Shown here one piece after another: positions 23,587 to 36,868 of a stretch of DNA of 50,543 nucleotides. A program made the translations under genes and the position numbers. The number at the start of each line of letters is the position of its first letter. Position 1 is the stretch's first letter. Below the pieces are notes generated by a model. The model saw nothing but the letters and a program-made list of their open reading frames with translations, was not told the DNA's origin and did not search any database. This stretch comes from Phoronis australis (Eukaryota > Animalia > Phoronida), in assembly GCA_002633005.1 (NCBI GenBank), contig NMRA01001137.1, positions 1 to 50,543 of the forward strand, given 5' to 3'.

Positions 23587-26490
23587 AACTAGAACGTAAT
23601 TGCACATGCGCACTTACAACTCTGCGCGTGGAGTACGGATGCATAGTGAGTTATAGGCATATTACATTGGATAGAACATGTGTTGTTGGTGTGAAAGAGA
23701 GATTTGTCCACGGTATACTGTGAAAGAACAAGAGGGAAAACTAAGAATGTCAATAGAAAACTGCACCCAATGACCCCAAAACTGCACTTAATGACAGTAA
23801 AGTTTAGTAGAAAGCTTTTCATTAGTATACCAAACTGATAAGTGAAAATTCCAGCTCAGTTTTGCACCCACTGACATTTGACCTTAAAATGGGTTCAATT
23901 GATTCTATCGTTTATCTGTGTAATCTCTGGATGCACCTTTGTGACACCTACCTGTTTGCAAAATTTGAAGAGTCTATCTCAAAAATTGCAGAATGAAAGC
24001 ATTTCAAAGAAATGTGTGCTGGCTGACACTCTGAGGGTCTTGTAGTGCATTATGGGTATTGGCAATAAGAGTAATGAAATTTGAGTGGTTAACCATGGAT
24101 ATGAAGTATTTCTCTAATAAAACAGTTATGTACTATTTGAACGAACAACCTCAAAATTAAACAGAAAACTGCAATTAACGAACCCAAAATTTCACCTAAT
24201 GATCAAAAATCTGTTTTGCACTGACTAATCTTTGACAGGGAAATTCGGTTTAGTAGATCCTATTGAAACTCCGTGTAGGCTCTAGGTGCACCTGTATGGC
24301 ACCAAGCAGTTTACCAAATTTGAAGAACCAATATAAAAATTGCAGGAAAAGCATTTAAAAGAAATGTAGCCGTTGTCCCCTCTGGGGATTCTATAGTGCA
24401 ATTTGGGTCATACCCGTAATATCAGTAGTGTTAACAATTGGTTGAACCACCATGAATATGAACGCTCTTCTTAATACATCATGTAAACACTAGGTTACTG
24501 AAAAAGTCTGAAATTTAACAGAAAACTGCAGTTAATGACCCCAAAGTTTGTGACTGAACTTCCTTCACGATTGGTAAAGGTATAAAAGATCATGAAAGCT
24601 CTAACTCAAAAATCACTTTTGCACTTAATGACCTTTTACCCGGAAACCCAGTTCAATTGTTCCGATTGGAATTCTAAGTACATTTCTCTAGTGCATACTT
24701 GTTAACAAAATTGAAAGAGTCTATCTAAAAATCCGTAGAAGCAATTTGACAGAATGCACTCCTTAAGCAGTTTCAGGTCATTTGATAGCATTTTGAGTCA
24801 AAACATTATAATTAATGAAATCAATAAAAGTTCCTTGATTATCGTATTAACCACAATGAATATGATTGTTGTGAACAAATCAATTTAAGAATAATAACAA
24901 TTTGAAAATGAAAGAAGAACAAGAAAAATAAGAACTAGAATGCAATTTGGTATGCGCAACTACTACTCTGCGCGTGTCGTACGCACGTGCATGGCTAGTT
25001 ATAGCCATATTACGGAACTTAGAAGGTGTGAAAGAGAGAAAGATGTCCCTAGTAAACTATGAACAATAAGTGGGAAAAGTTAGATTATCAAGAAAATACT
25101 GCACTTAATGACGGCACTGCGGCACCATCAGACCCTAAACTACAAAGCTTTTTATTTGTATAACAAACTAATGTGTGAACTGGAAAATTCTGGCTCATAA
25201 ATCAGTTTTGCGCCCATTGAGCTTAGACTTTAAAATGGGTTCGATTGATTCTATCAGAAATCCCATGTCCTGTGGAAGCACCAATGTGGCATCTACCTGT
25301 ATACAAAATTTGAAATGTCTATCTGTAAAATTAAAGGATGGAAAACATTTCAAAGGAATGTGTACTGGTTGACCCCTCTGAGGGTCTTGTAGTGCACTAT
25401 GGGTATTAACAATAGCATTTTTGAAATTTGATCAGTGAATAGTTAATCCACCATAGATAAAATATGTCTTTAGGAAAACAAGTCTGTAGTACCTAATTGG
25501 AAAAGTCTGAAACTTAACAGAAAACTGGACTTAGTGATCCCAAAATTGCACCTGATGACCCCAAACGATGTGACTGAAACTTCTTTACGAATAGCAAACG
25601 TATGCATGAATTTGAAAGGTCTAGATCAAAAATCACTTTTTGCACCTTTGACCCGGAAATTCAGTTCATTTGATCAGATCAAAATTCCGTATACGTTTTG
25701 GGTGTACTTATATGACACCAATCTGTTCACAAAAGTTGAACAGGCAATCTCAAAAATGCAGAAGGAGAAGCATTTCAAAGAAATATACCGGTTGACCCCT
25801 CTTGGGGTGCTATAGTGCATTTTGGGTCACACCCGTATTATCTATAGTATTTGATTGGCAATTGGTTGAAGCACCATGAATATGAACGTTCTCCCTAATG
25901 CAACATGTAAGTACGAGCTGATTGAAAAAGTCTGATATTTAAAAATGCACTTATTGACCCCAAAGTTGCATCTAACGACCCCAAAGTTTTTTACTGAATT
26001 TCCTTTACTAATAGAAATAACATTGTATATAGACTTCTTTGTATTTTTTTACCCAGATCTAATGCCTCTTGGCGCTTTCTGAGTTATGTATATTCATTGT
26101 ATTCTGAAGATTTCGTAATAAACATTAAAAAAAATAGAAATCACATGCGTTATTATGAAAGGTCCAGCTCAAAAATCACTTTTGCACTTAATGATCTTTG
26201 ACCCAGAAAAACTCGGTTCCCTTGATCGAATTGGAATTCCAAGTACATTTTGGATGCACTTCTCTAGTACCAACCTGTTAGCAAAGATTCTATCTCAAAA
26301 CCGTAAGAAGAAGCATTTTGACGGAATGCACTCCTTCACCCGTTTTGAGTCATCCCGGTGCATTTGGGTCAAAACAAAATCAATAAAAATCCCTTGACTA
26401 TCGTATCAACCACAATGAATATGATTGTTGTTAACGAATCCAGGTAAAAGTACTAACAATCTGAAAAGGAAGGAAGAATAAGAATAAGAA
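23587..26490. repeat. Tandem duplication of ~1.35-1.5-kb unit, each built of ~3 degenerate ~400-bp subrepeats (Helitron/HINE-like)
   Basis: Both units begin AACTAGAA...ACTCTGCGCGTG (23587, 24933) and end in ATCAATAAAA..CCTTGA.TATCGTAT.AACCACAATGAATATGATTGTTG plus an AAG-rich tail. Family assignment is inference. Confidence 0.75.
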
Positions 26491-26494
26491 TAAG

Positions 26495-26830
26495 TATAAT
26501 AAGAAGACAAAATGCGTAGAACATCAAAACTCTGCACGAACGCGGGCAGAGTAATAAAAAGAATAAGAAGATAAAATGCGTAGAGCAGTAAAACTCTGCG
26601 CTTACATGCGCAGATTAATAAGAAGAATAAGAAGATAAAATATGTAGAACAATAAGACTGCACGAACACACGCAGAGTAATAATCAAAAGATAAAATACG
26701 TAGAACAGCAAAACTCTGGGCGAACACGCGCAGAGTAATAATAAGAAGATAAAACAGTAAAACATGCGCAGAGTCATAATAAGATAAAATAAGGAGAACA
26801 GTAAAGCTCATGGTGAACACGCGCAGAGTA
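26495..26830. repeat. ~57-63-bp tandem repeat (~6 copies)
   Basis: Unit approx. AATAAGAAGATAAAATGCGTAGAACAGCAAAACTCTGCGCGAACACGCGCAGAGT. Confidence 0.85.
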
Positions 26831-28750
26831 AAAAACTGCCATTAGGAACCACAGCAGTAGTCGAATCCAGCCATCTGCTGCCACGTTAACAGGAATGCAA
26901 CTGCAAAATTAAAAAACATCTTCTAAGGAGTTTAGAAGATACAGACTTTGATGCGAAAAAATGTCACTAGGTGGCACCAAAGTAGTTGGACCAGTTTGAA
27001 AATCCACGTCAGTCATGCTCTTGTCTGGAGGAACACATTTTCATCATGATTCTCTACTTGGTTTGGCAGATACACAAGAAGACAAAACCAGACTAAAAAT
27101 AATTAAAATGGCCATTAGTTGGTTTAGAATACGTCGAATTCACCACGAAAAGGAAAGATGCTGTCGTCTTCATGATAGAAATTTGTTTGCCACTTTCATG
27201 AAAAAGCATCAAGGAACTCGGAAGGTACAGAGGCAAAAAATAAAATTACCACCAGGGAGCGCAGCTGTAGTTGGATTGGTCTGAAACTGGCTACATCCAT
27301 AAGAATACATCTGCTCAATTTCAGGACGATCTTGCAAAGGATAAGGAGATACAACCGTGGATGCAAAAATATAATTGTCACTAGAGTGCCAGTGTAGTTT
27401 AACACGTACAAAAATCAACTTCAGCCCCTGTCTTCTCATCAGGAGCACATCTCAAAATTTTAGTTATGACCCTTCAAGCGGTTCAGTGGATGGTGGTGAT
27501 GTCAAAATGCACTAAAAATTGTTAAAGTGGCTACAGAGTGGTGCAAAATACGTCAAATTCCATAAAAATCTGCCAACGAGTTTCAAAGATACAGAGTACA
27601 TCGAAACAAATGCCACTAGGGGGCACAGCAGCAGTGAGTTGACCGCTGTCAACTTCATATAAATACATTTGCCAAATATAATAAAGATCCAGTAGTTTGC
27701 GTGATACAGCCACAGATGAAAAACACTGTAATTAGGAGACGCTTCGCTAATCCAAGTGGTCTGAAAATCAGCATCAGCCATCCTCTTCACAGTGGAAACA
27801 TAAAAACTCCAATTTTAATTCTTAGAGTGGTTTGGTTGATAGAGCGGCGGATGCCAAAACAGACTAGAAAACAGTCAAAATGACCACTAGATGGCTCAAA
27901 ATACGCCAAACCCATCCGAGAACGGCAGCATGTCATCGTTTCTTGAAAGCTATTTACCAAATTTCATAAAAAAGCCCTCACGGAACTTCAGAGAAACAGA
28001 TGAAAACGAAAACGAAATGAAATTGCCACTAGGGAAACACTGTTTGTCGGATCCGTCTGAAAGCTGTCCTCGTCAGTTGTCAATTTCATATAAATGCACT
28101 TGCTAAATTAAGATCGTGCTGCGAATTTAGGAGATACAGCTATCTGCGCAAAAAACCCTGCCACTAGGAGGCACCACAGTAGTCAAAGTTGTCGAAAAAT
28201 CATTGTCAACCGTCCTCTTTACACTAAGAGCATATATGCCAATTTTCACAAGCATCCTTAGAGTGGTTTGGTTGATAGAGGGACAGATGCCAAAAATAGA
28301 CTCGAGAACAGCAAAAAAGGCCATTGGGTGGTGCAAAATACCCCGAATCCTTCCGAAAACGGGAGGATAGTGTCACATCACTAATAGATGCCTATGTGCC
28401 AAATGTCATGAAAATCCGTTGAGGACCTCTGAAAGTCCAGAAGTAAGCGTAAAAAAACTAAAATTGCCACTAGGGGCACATCGGTAGTCGGATCCGTCCA
28501 AAGTTCGTTGTCATCCGTCGTCAGATTCAAAGAAACGCATCTTCCAAATCTCTGTTAGGCTTTTAGGAGATACAGCTGCTTACGCCGGCTGTCCGTACGC
28601 CCAAACAAAGATGATGGCAATATGCATCCACATATAAATATATGAGCGCATGAAAGTATATCATGTTTCATGAAGGTCCAACAAAGAGCGCGGTAGGTAT
28701 TGAGTCAAAGGGAAAATTGCCATCATGACTGGAGGGCACCACGGCAGTCC
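26831..28750 (+). repeat. Degenerate ~140-bp periodic repeat carrying CCACTAGRKGGCAC motifs
   Basis: Motifs near 26964, 27249, 27613, 27884, 28026, 28161, 28321 and 28467, with recurring CCAAATTTCATGAAAATCC and GGAGATACAGC. A related segment lies at 23300-23586. Confidence 0.7.
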
Positions 28751-28998
28751 AAAAGCCATTCACTTTTCGTAGGATATCACAGAAATCTGAGCCCTGGAAT
28801 GCCAACGTGAATCTCGCTATACTGTGGTTGCACCGCACAGTGTGGAATTAACTTGCATTCGTTTGTTCTACCACGACTATCGGAAGTACTTAGGAAAGGC
28901 TGCATTAAGATCGCGGATACAAGATGAACTCTAGAACGGAAACTGCGAGTTGGGATCAGGAAAAGGGTGCATCAAGCTCACGAAACAGACACGTTGTG

Positions 28999-28999
<1 letters not shown>

Positions 29000-29074
<75 letters not shown>
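29000..29074. repeat. (TTA)n microsatellite
   Basis: Read directly. Confidence 0.95.
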
Positions 29075-29076
<2 letters not shown>

Positions 29077-29172
29077 CCTACTGGTGGTGTCATTCATTAG
29101 TTCTCTTTTAGCACAGATTCCCTTTCTCTCGCTTCATATAGAATGAAAAAACACAGAAGTTTAAAAGCTCAC

Positions 29173-32100
29173 CTGATGACATTTGTGACAGGCCCAGACG
29201 TATGACACCTCATCTGCTACAGGTGGGACGTCGTTTGTGGCAGCTTTGAAATCGTGCACAGCTTGACGGTACCATTGGAGCGCAGACTCAGGCTGGGGTG
29301 AGGGAAGAGGCGGTCTGGTACTGAAAAACCACATACTGTTTCCAGTTCCATTAGATGAAACATAGAATTTTCTCCACTTGACTCGTCTTTCGTAATACAC
29401 AGTAACTAAACTCTGTATTCGCTGTCGTTTATAAAACCTGTCCTGTGTCGTCTGTTGGTGGGAATGCTCGTACTTGGCCACAGTGTTTTCGAGATGCTGA
29501 AATATCTCAGTGCATGTCTCTTTATTGTCATTTCCGTCAGGATGCCAGTGCACAAAAAGACGGTTCAGGACCGTATTTCTCTGTTTGCTTGGCATGTTCG
29601 ATGCGGTTTCAATTTGATGATCTATGTTACGTAATATAGTGGGTTTGTCAAGACAAGGCCCTTCCTCGTTCTGTTGTAAGGGTTGCCAGAATTTATACAG
29701 ATCGGCGGCATTCGACTCGACTTCGTCTTGTCCGGTGTTTATCAAGTAACACTTCGCAACTTCACTCTGGCACTCAGGGTTTACTTCTCTGACAATTTTG
29801 GCTATGGTGTACTCTGGTTCGCTACCATTATCTTGCCTAGCGGAGAAGTAACCCACCAATTCATCTTCATCAAACCGAAAAAATCCTTGTTCTAAAACAT
29901 GATTCATGCCTGCAGGAATTTTATCACCAGGACACACATTGTATTCTTCGGTTGGAAGTCTTTTAACTTTGTTTTTGTCAAGAAGAGAACTAAGGCCACT
30001 TGGAGAATTTTCCAGGTTCAAAAGTTCTATTAACTGTACCATATCCTCACTGAAGTCAACCCCTGCATTTTGCGTAATAATCTTTGCCAGTGTAGTATAT
30101 ACATCTGAAGTTGCAGTATTAGCAGTAATGTAAACTTTCACGAGACACCCCTCTTCATGAATGACTGATAAATGTTTGTATTGTTTGCTTTCGCAAACTT
30201 TGTTCCCTGTTTTGTCTACATATAATGCCATGACTGACTCAGCTTCGAAAATACAAATTCTTTGCAGTTGCTCCTGGGTAGCCATTACAATACCCTGTCT
30301 TGGCTGACTATGTATTGCTTTTACGTGGAACAAAAGTCTAGCGATAGCATGGTGAAAAAGGTCACAAGACAGACGGTCGTAAATTGCTCGAACAAAGCTA
30401 TTGCTTGACTTTTCGTGATTAGCAATCCAGCCATTTGGTATCACTTGCATATGTAAAATTTCAGATAGCATAGACGGGCGGTACTTTTGTGGGAGCTTTG
30501 ATACCTTGTATTTGTAGTCAATTTCAAGAGATGTCGAAATGGAGAGTACATGGAAAGATACAGTGCCTCTGACATCTTCATAAATTCGCTCGTCGTCAAT
30601 GAAAACACATTCTTTAACAGAAACCATTTTCATATCACGCGTTGGTAAATAAAGATTATCACCGAAATTTGCGTCAGCAATATCTTCATCAGGACAGCTG
30701 AACAGGGCCCGGAGAGCTTCACATGCATTCTGTTCTTGTGCAGAGTCAATAGTTTTTCCACCAACAGCTTTCATAATTTCGTACAGCACGTCTCCAAAAA
30801 GGTTCACATGAAGGGTACTGTTAGCTCCCAGCTTCAAAAATAGTTCCTCAAACCGAGTGATGTTCGAAGGCAACTTAAACAGATAGGGTACAATTTGCTG
30901 CTCTTCTCTGATGTTTTTTACGACTTGTCTTGCAAACACGAACATACTATGTTCGCTGATTACAACTAGAGGTATCTCCCGAAGCCGATCTAGCTCAGAA
31001 CAGCTGAGTTTGCTGCGACTCAAAAAACTGTAAATGTTTTCCATAATATTTACTACCAGGTCTATATCCCTTGGTTGTTGTGGCTTCTGGAGTGAGGAAC
31101 AGAGGTTAGAGCAATGTCTAATGACAAAAGACACCGGTGGCTGCAAATGAACACCCAATCCCTCAGCAAGAGACCCACTAATTCGTGAATTGGTCGATAA
31201 GATAATGGCGGAGCTCCAACACAATTGTACGCTGCTATTATCACAAACAGATCCATTGAATTTTGTAAACATTTCTTCACTGAACTGGTCATGTAGTTCT
31301 ATGAGTTTTTGAGGCACTACTTCTTGTGCAACAAAAGCTATGTTCTTTATTTGGCTGAGGACACCTTGATATTCTTCGTGATTTCTCAAAAGATGTCTAG
31401 TCAATAGTTTTGACTTTCTTAACTTGTCTTCATATCCCACTTCAGTGTCAAGAGATTCCACGTCCAGGGCGAAGCTAACCATCTGGTTTTCTGAAACAGT
31501 TTGCCGCAATCCAAGGGCCAACAAAAAGGAGTGCCATTCATAGATTCTGAAGGGTGAAGGTGGGAAATATTGCTCGTCCAACATCGCGGCAAAAAGTTCG
31601 TTCCTCCAGTCAAAGAACTCACTAGCCTTATGCATTGTCCCACTTTTGGTTTTAATGAAACGAATATCTCTCAGAATTGATAATAGCGAACCATTTTGCC
31701 ATTTGCATGACAAGATACCCTCTTTTATGAAATTCAGATGCTCAAGTCTTCCATTCTCCGACATTTTGTCAAAATGTTGTAGCACGTACGTAACGTACAT
31801 ATCACAGGGTTTTATCCGTTCGATTCCAAGGTACTTCATGACTTTTTCATCAAACGTGTCCTCCAAGAACGCAATATTGTTGTTGTCTTGCCACACGTGA
31901 GCATCTGTAGATGGAAAATTGTTTGCAAACACTACACCTTGTTTGTAATTCAGGCGTATACGAAGGCCAGCTTTAGTGCAGAAGAGAGGCAGAAATTTAA
32001 TTCTTCGCACACAATCCACAGTTTTCGGAGCAGAGCAAAGAAACTGCAGCAGGTCTTTGTTGTGTTTCTTGTTGAGAACGTCATGTATGTCAGCACATTC

Positions 32101-35100
32101 TTGTCGCAGTTCAATTGCTCTCAAAATGTCCAAAGGCTTATCAGAATTGCCCACAACAGTGGGAAGGACACCACCGGCAAGTTGTTCATCATGGAGTAAA
32201 AACGGTACGCCTAAGACCTTCAAGCAGTCGATGACCCCACCATCAATAGATTCTGTACAGATGACAACACTTTTACTTCTTTCAAGTTGAACAAGAAAGC
32301 CTTCATGGCCCGTGCGATATGCTGGAACCAAACAAAATTTCGAAAGTGGTCCAAACGAAGATAATTTCTCCTCCGTGACAAAAGACCAGAATTCTTTTGT
32401 GATGATCCACCTACTTTCATTAAGATCGAGTTCAAGTTTACCTTTAAATTCTTCAGGTAAAATTCTTGACAAACACTGGAGAGAAAGAACTTTAAATAAT
32501 CCAAACTTAACAAACTGGTTAGGAGGCGAAAACACCAAGGTAACAAGTTTGTTATGAACAAATTCGTTGCGATGCTTTTCTGTTGCTAAAGCTGCGTGGC
32601 AAGACAAGTACTTCGGAAACTGGGAGGAGAAGTTTTGGATACTCTTCGCTTCTGTCACTAGTAGTCGCGTACCATCTAGACGTGGCACAAAGTCTTTCAA
32701 GAGATTCTTACAATATAAAAGAATCTCAACGACTTCTTCAAGAGTCAAAAGTGCTTCATTTTTTACACTAGACTGTCTAAAAAACGCAAGGATGGTTTCA
32801 GGTGTTGACATGCAAACACTGCGCCGTTCAAACTCTTTTACCAGGGACGAGAATGGTTTCCATACAAGGTTCAGACCACATCTGAGGAACACAGTAACGA
32901 GATTGTTGTACCGTATCATATCTTCCAGTGACAAAGTGTTTTGATTTTTTTGCAGACTATCAAATATAGCCCCGTTTTCACCTTTGTTACGTGCTGACAG
33001 CCAAGTCACAGAAAAATTACCTGGTTTATCCGGTATAGCGTAAACAATGGGCAGAACTTCAATTTCCTTGTCATAAAGAATGCTGTATAGGCTGCGAACA
33101 ACGGGGATATCAAATTCAGTGCTATTTTCAGTTGTCGGAAATATTTCTAAATATGCCTGTAGTTTCGCAGTTGTGGTGGTTTTGTCAGCGTTTGGGCAAA
33201 CTAAACGATTTTTTAATTCTTTTAGTAGGCGTACGTATGCATGGGAAATGACAAGTCGTTTCAAAACATCATTCCATTTTGATTTTACGTCTTCATCTGC
33301 ACACACTTTAACACTTTTCCTTGACTCATGGCTCAGAGCAAAATGTCCGTTAATGTGAACAGGCAAGTGTGTTTGCTGAGACAAAGGGAGCATACAGAAA
33401 ACTTTGGTTGCACTCTTCTGATTGGAAGTTGTTAACTCACAAGCAACTCCGCCACGAGGAAGTAGTAACAGTTCTTTTCTGGATACAGCTTTGCAAATAC
33501 ACTCAGATATACTTTCATTTGATTCAAAGCCCAATTTTCGAACAATTAGCCATCTCTTGCTAAAATCAGAATCGGAAACAGTCATCTGATAAGCCACTTC
33601 TTTCGAATGAATAGACAAAATATCTTTGTGCGAAGACGTTCTTGTATAAGCTTTAAACCTATTCAACTCCTCTACTTCGTTGCTTTGGTCAAGATTTGCT
33701 GTAACTGTTAAAGTATTTATCTTAGACCCGTCATGTCTGATCTCGTACAAACAAACCTTTCTTACGTTATTCATAAATAACATACATGTGTGAACTTCTT
33801 TTTTAAAGGAATTCAACATTTTACGAACGTCCTCAACAGTGGTGGAAGACGTCTTGATTTTAGACGTCTCTGCCATTTCCTTATTTCTCAAAGGCAGCCT
33901 GAAGAGTGTACAATCACGAGCCTGAACGGCAGCATTGAGTACGCTGTCGTAGCATAAGAAAACAGATGGAAAGTCTTTCCTCATATTATCCAAATCTCTG
34001 TAGCACCTCCCTGGGTTGTTCGGGTCGGCATCAGGAACATATGAGCAGTGAGGGTCGAACACGTACAGCCTCTCACCTTCACCAGTAACACTAGTGAGAA
34101 AAGAGGGGGTGTCCGTAAGGTGGTATACTGCGTTGAAGCCCACTCCATACTGACCTGTTTTCGTGAGATCGTCCATTTTGTTACCTTCTCCTAGATTCTG
34201 AATACCTTGCACATCATCTTCAGTGAAGGGCCTGTCGTTGTAAACACAAAATGCCGGACCCTGTAAAGGTTTCCAACTGTCACCAAAGATTCGGTCAGTT
34301 GGATGATAACGGCTATCGAGACAAAAATGGACCTCGGTGGCCTGTGCGTCGTCTGCATTTTGCAGCATTTCTTTCAGTATGTCAACCGGCCAGGGATATT
34401 CATCAAGAATTCTTTTAATTCTGTTCGTAAGTTTTTCTTTCTGTCCGAATGGAATTCCAACTGACCGTCTCTCTAGTGTTTTGCTACGCTTCGTCTTCAC
34501 TCCTAGGGCTTGCGCCACGGGGCGCGGTATAAGACTGTCCACAAATGGCATACCAGTATCTGATATCCAAGAGCCATCATCAAAACAAAGAGTGGAAGAT
34601 AACTGCATGATTTTGTTGACTTCATTTGGTAAATAAACGTCACCACTAAACCTTTCGCCATCTAACGAAGCTGCAAGAGAGAATGCAGTTTTTCTCGCAA
34701 GACTGAGCAAATCTTTATTCAAAGGTTGGTTATAACCAAGCTTATATATTTCAGAAAGAACAGCGCAGTATTCTTTGCTATCAAATGTGTCCTTAACACC
34801 CATTGCTTCTAAAAGATTGCGAAAACTTTCCGCTATTTCAGTTGACAGTTTGGGCCGCAGCGGAGACAAATCGTCCAAAAATGAAACTTCACGAGGTTTC
34901 TTGAACTTGTTAATTTCAGCAATGAGAATGCAGTTTTTGTCTTGAAAGGTACTTTGAAATTCGTCCGCTTGATTTGGTTGACTCTTCAATTGGTTTTGTA
35001 AATACTGGTAGATGTCCCGGGTGATGCGAAGAAAACCTAGACATTCGTTCGGGTTACATCCTTTTGTCGCATCAACTATGTTAAAAAGGTTGTCAACGAC

Positions 35101-36524
35101 GTCCTTAGTTGTTATTTCCACATAACGTATTCCATCAAACAACTCCATGTCCGCAATTTCTTTCAGAGATCCCACCAGGCTGTCGGACGAAATATCACAC
35201 AAAGAGGATGGTTTTTGAAACTTTTTGCTTTCACCAATCCACCCCAAAATTGTCGGGTATCCAGCTGGACGCATTTTTACAGGAACCCAAGGTATGTTTT
35301 GTAAATGCTTACGCAGTGACATCGCGTCAATTTCGGTCTTTAAATAATGTGCCCGAGAGGACAGAAAGTTCCAAATCTCTTTCGCTTTTTCGACACCTTT
35401 ATCGTAGGGTGAGCTTGCAACCAGCAGGGAAGCTTCGAGAATGTCAATGGGCAGCACATCATTCAAAGTTTTTAAGCCAAGTTTGTACAATGGTATAAGA
35501 ATATCAACTGAGGCGCAAGCACCCGAAAGAAAGACATGCTGACCGTGGAAAAGACGTTGAAGTGTTTGATTCGACGGATCAAATAGACTTTCGAGTTTTA
35601 CAAGTTTGTCATCATTGCGAAGAAAGATGTTGCCTTCCTTTATGCAGTTCTGCAGTGAAGTGTCTTTGTTTACTAGATCTATGTGATTGCGTATGACATG
35701 CGCCAGGAGTTCGTCGATTTCTGAATAAGAGTAATCTGATATGTGTGGGAAAACCACGTTAACCAAAAGGTCTCTCAGGGAAAGTGTTTGAATTCCAAGC
35801 ACGCAGCACAAGCGCGCCGTAACGTTGTCTTCTACCTTAATCAGAGGCTTTGGTAATTTAAACGAAAAGTCTTCAGCAGGTGACATTGTTCCAATTTCTT
35901 TAATAGAATAGAGTCGTTCTGCCACGGAATGAATTGTGTTTGTACTAACGTTGAACATTGGCAATGATCTAAGAAATTCGCGGTTATCAATGAGAACGTG
36001 TTCATCGGCTTTCTCGAGCTCCTTGCAAAATTTATGAACCATATCGGGGCAAAGTGAGGTCATCCTCGTAACGACTGTATCACGGTTGAGGAAGGACAGA
36101 GACTTTATGACGCCAGAAACTGAAGGTGAATTCATATAGTCACAAATCAACGGGTGACGTTTGACAAATTGAGACACTTCATCTACAACGATGACGCCTA
36201 AGTTTTCAAGGAAATCAAATACAGAAGGGTGGAGATTGCTGTCTTTCGAGTCCTTGTAAACTAGTGGACTCTTCTTGGTAAGTCGTTTCAGGTACCATTG
36301 ACCATTCATTGCTCTTAGCGGCAGGAGCATTAAATTTTCCACAGGACAAAGATCGTCGAAGAACATCTTGTTTAGGTAGTTCCACAACTTTTCAATCCAA
36401 CCACGTGTGATGTGCTTTTCATTATCAGGATACCATTCAACATACATACATTCAGGCGAATGGAGGACCAGAGACAACATCTTTAAGCTATCCGCTTTTG
36501 TCATCAATACCAAGTTTGTTTTTC
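29173..36524 (-). CDS. SACS: Sacsin-like gene B, giant exon 6 (7352 nt): second sacsin ATPase repeat, J-domain, HEPN N-terminal part
   Basis: 2450-codon open frame with ttttcAG acceptor and GTGAGC donor. Motifs FGQKEKLTNRIKRIL..EMLQNADDA, GQYGVGFNAVYHLTD, TLFRLPLR, LPVHINGHFAL; J-domain HWHPD; HEPN WYRQAVHDF...WACHKCHQ. Confidence 0.97.
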
Positions 36525-36868
36525 CTGAAAAGTTTCAAAATAACCGTCATTGAAAAAGGCAGTAACAACAATTAATTATTACTGACGAGTTTTTTGCAAG
36601 TTTCATGAAAAATGAAGTGATGTGGGAAGGAGCAATGTCATTAAGGTCAAACTTATCTGCAATGTCCCTGTTACTTCAAACACAAGCAGTGAATAAATGT
36701 CAACTCAATCGGGCAAAAATGCACCCTTGAAACTTTTAAAAGAGACGAGCAAGTAAACAAAGAAAATAAAACCTTAGCAACAGAATGACATGATTGGCAT
36801 TTTTTTCTTAAAGTAATAAAATGTTCATTACACGCAGTTCACATATCCTTTGGAATTAGTTAACTTAC

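Noticed and set aside
26406-26820. Hydrophobic membrane-protein-like ORFs
   Set aside because: Antisense translation of the A-rich 60-bp tandem repeat.
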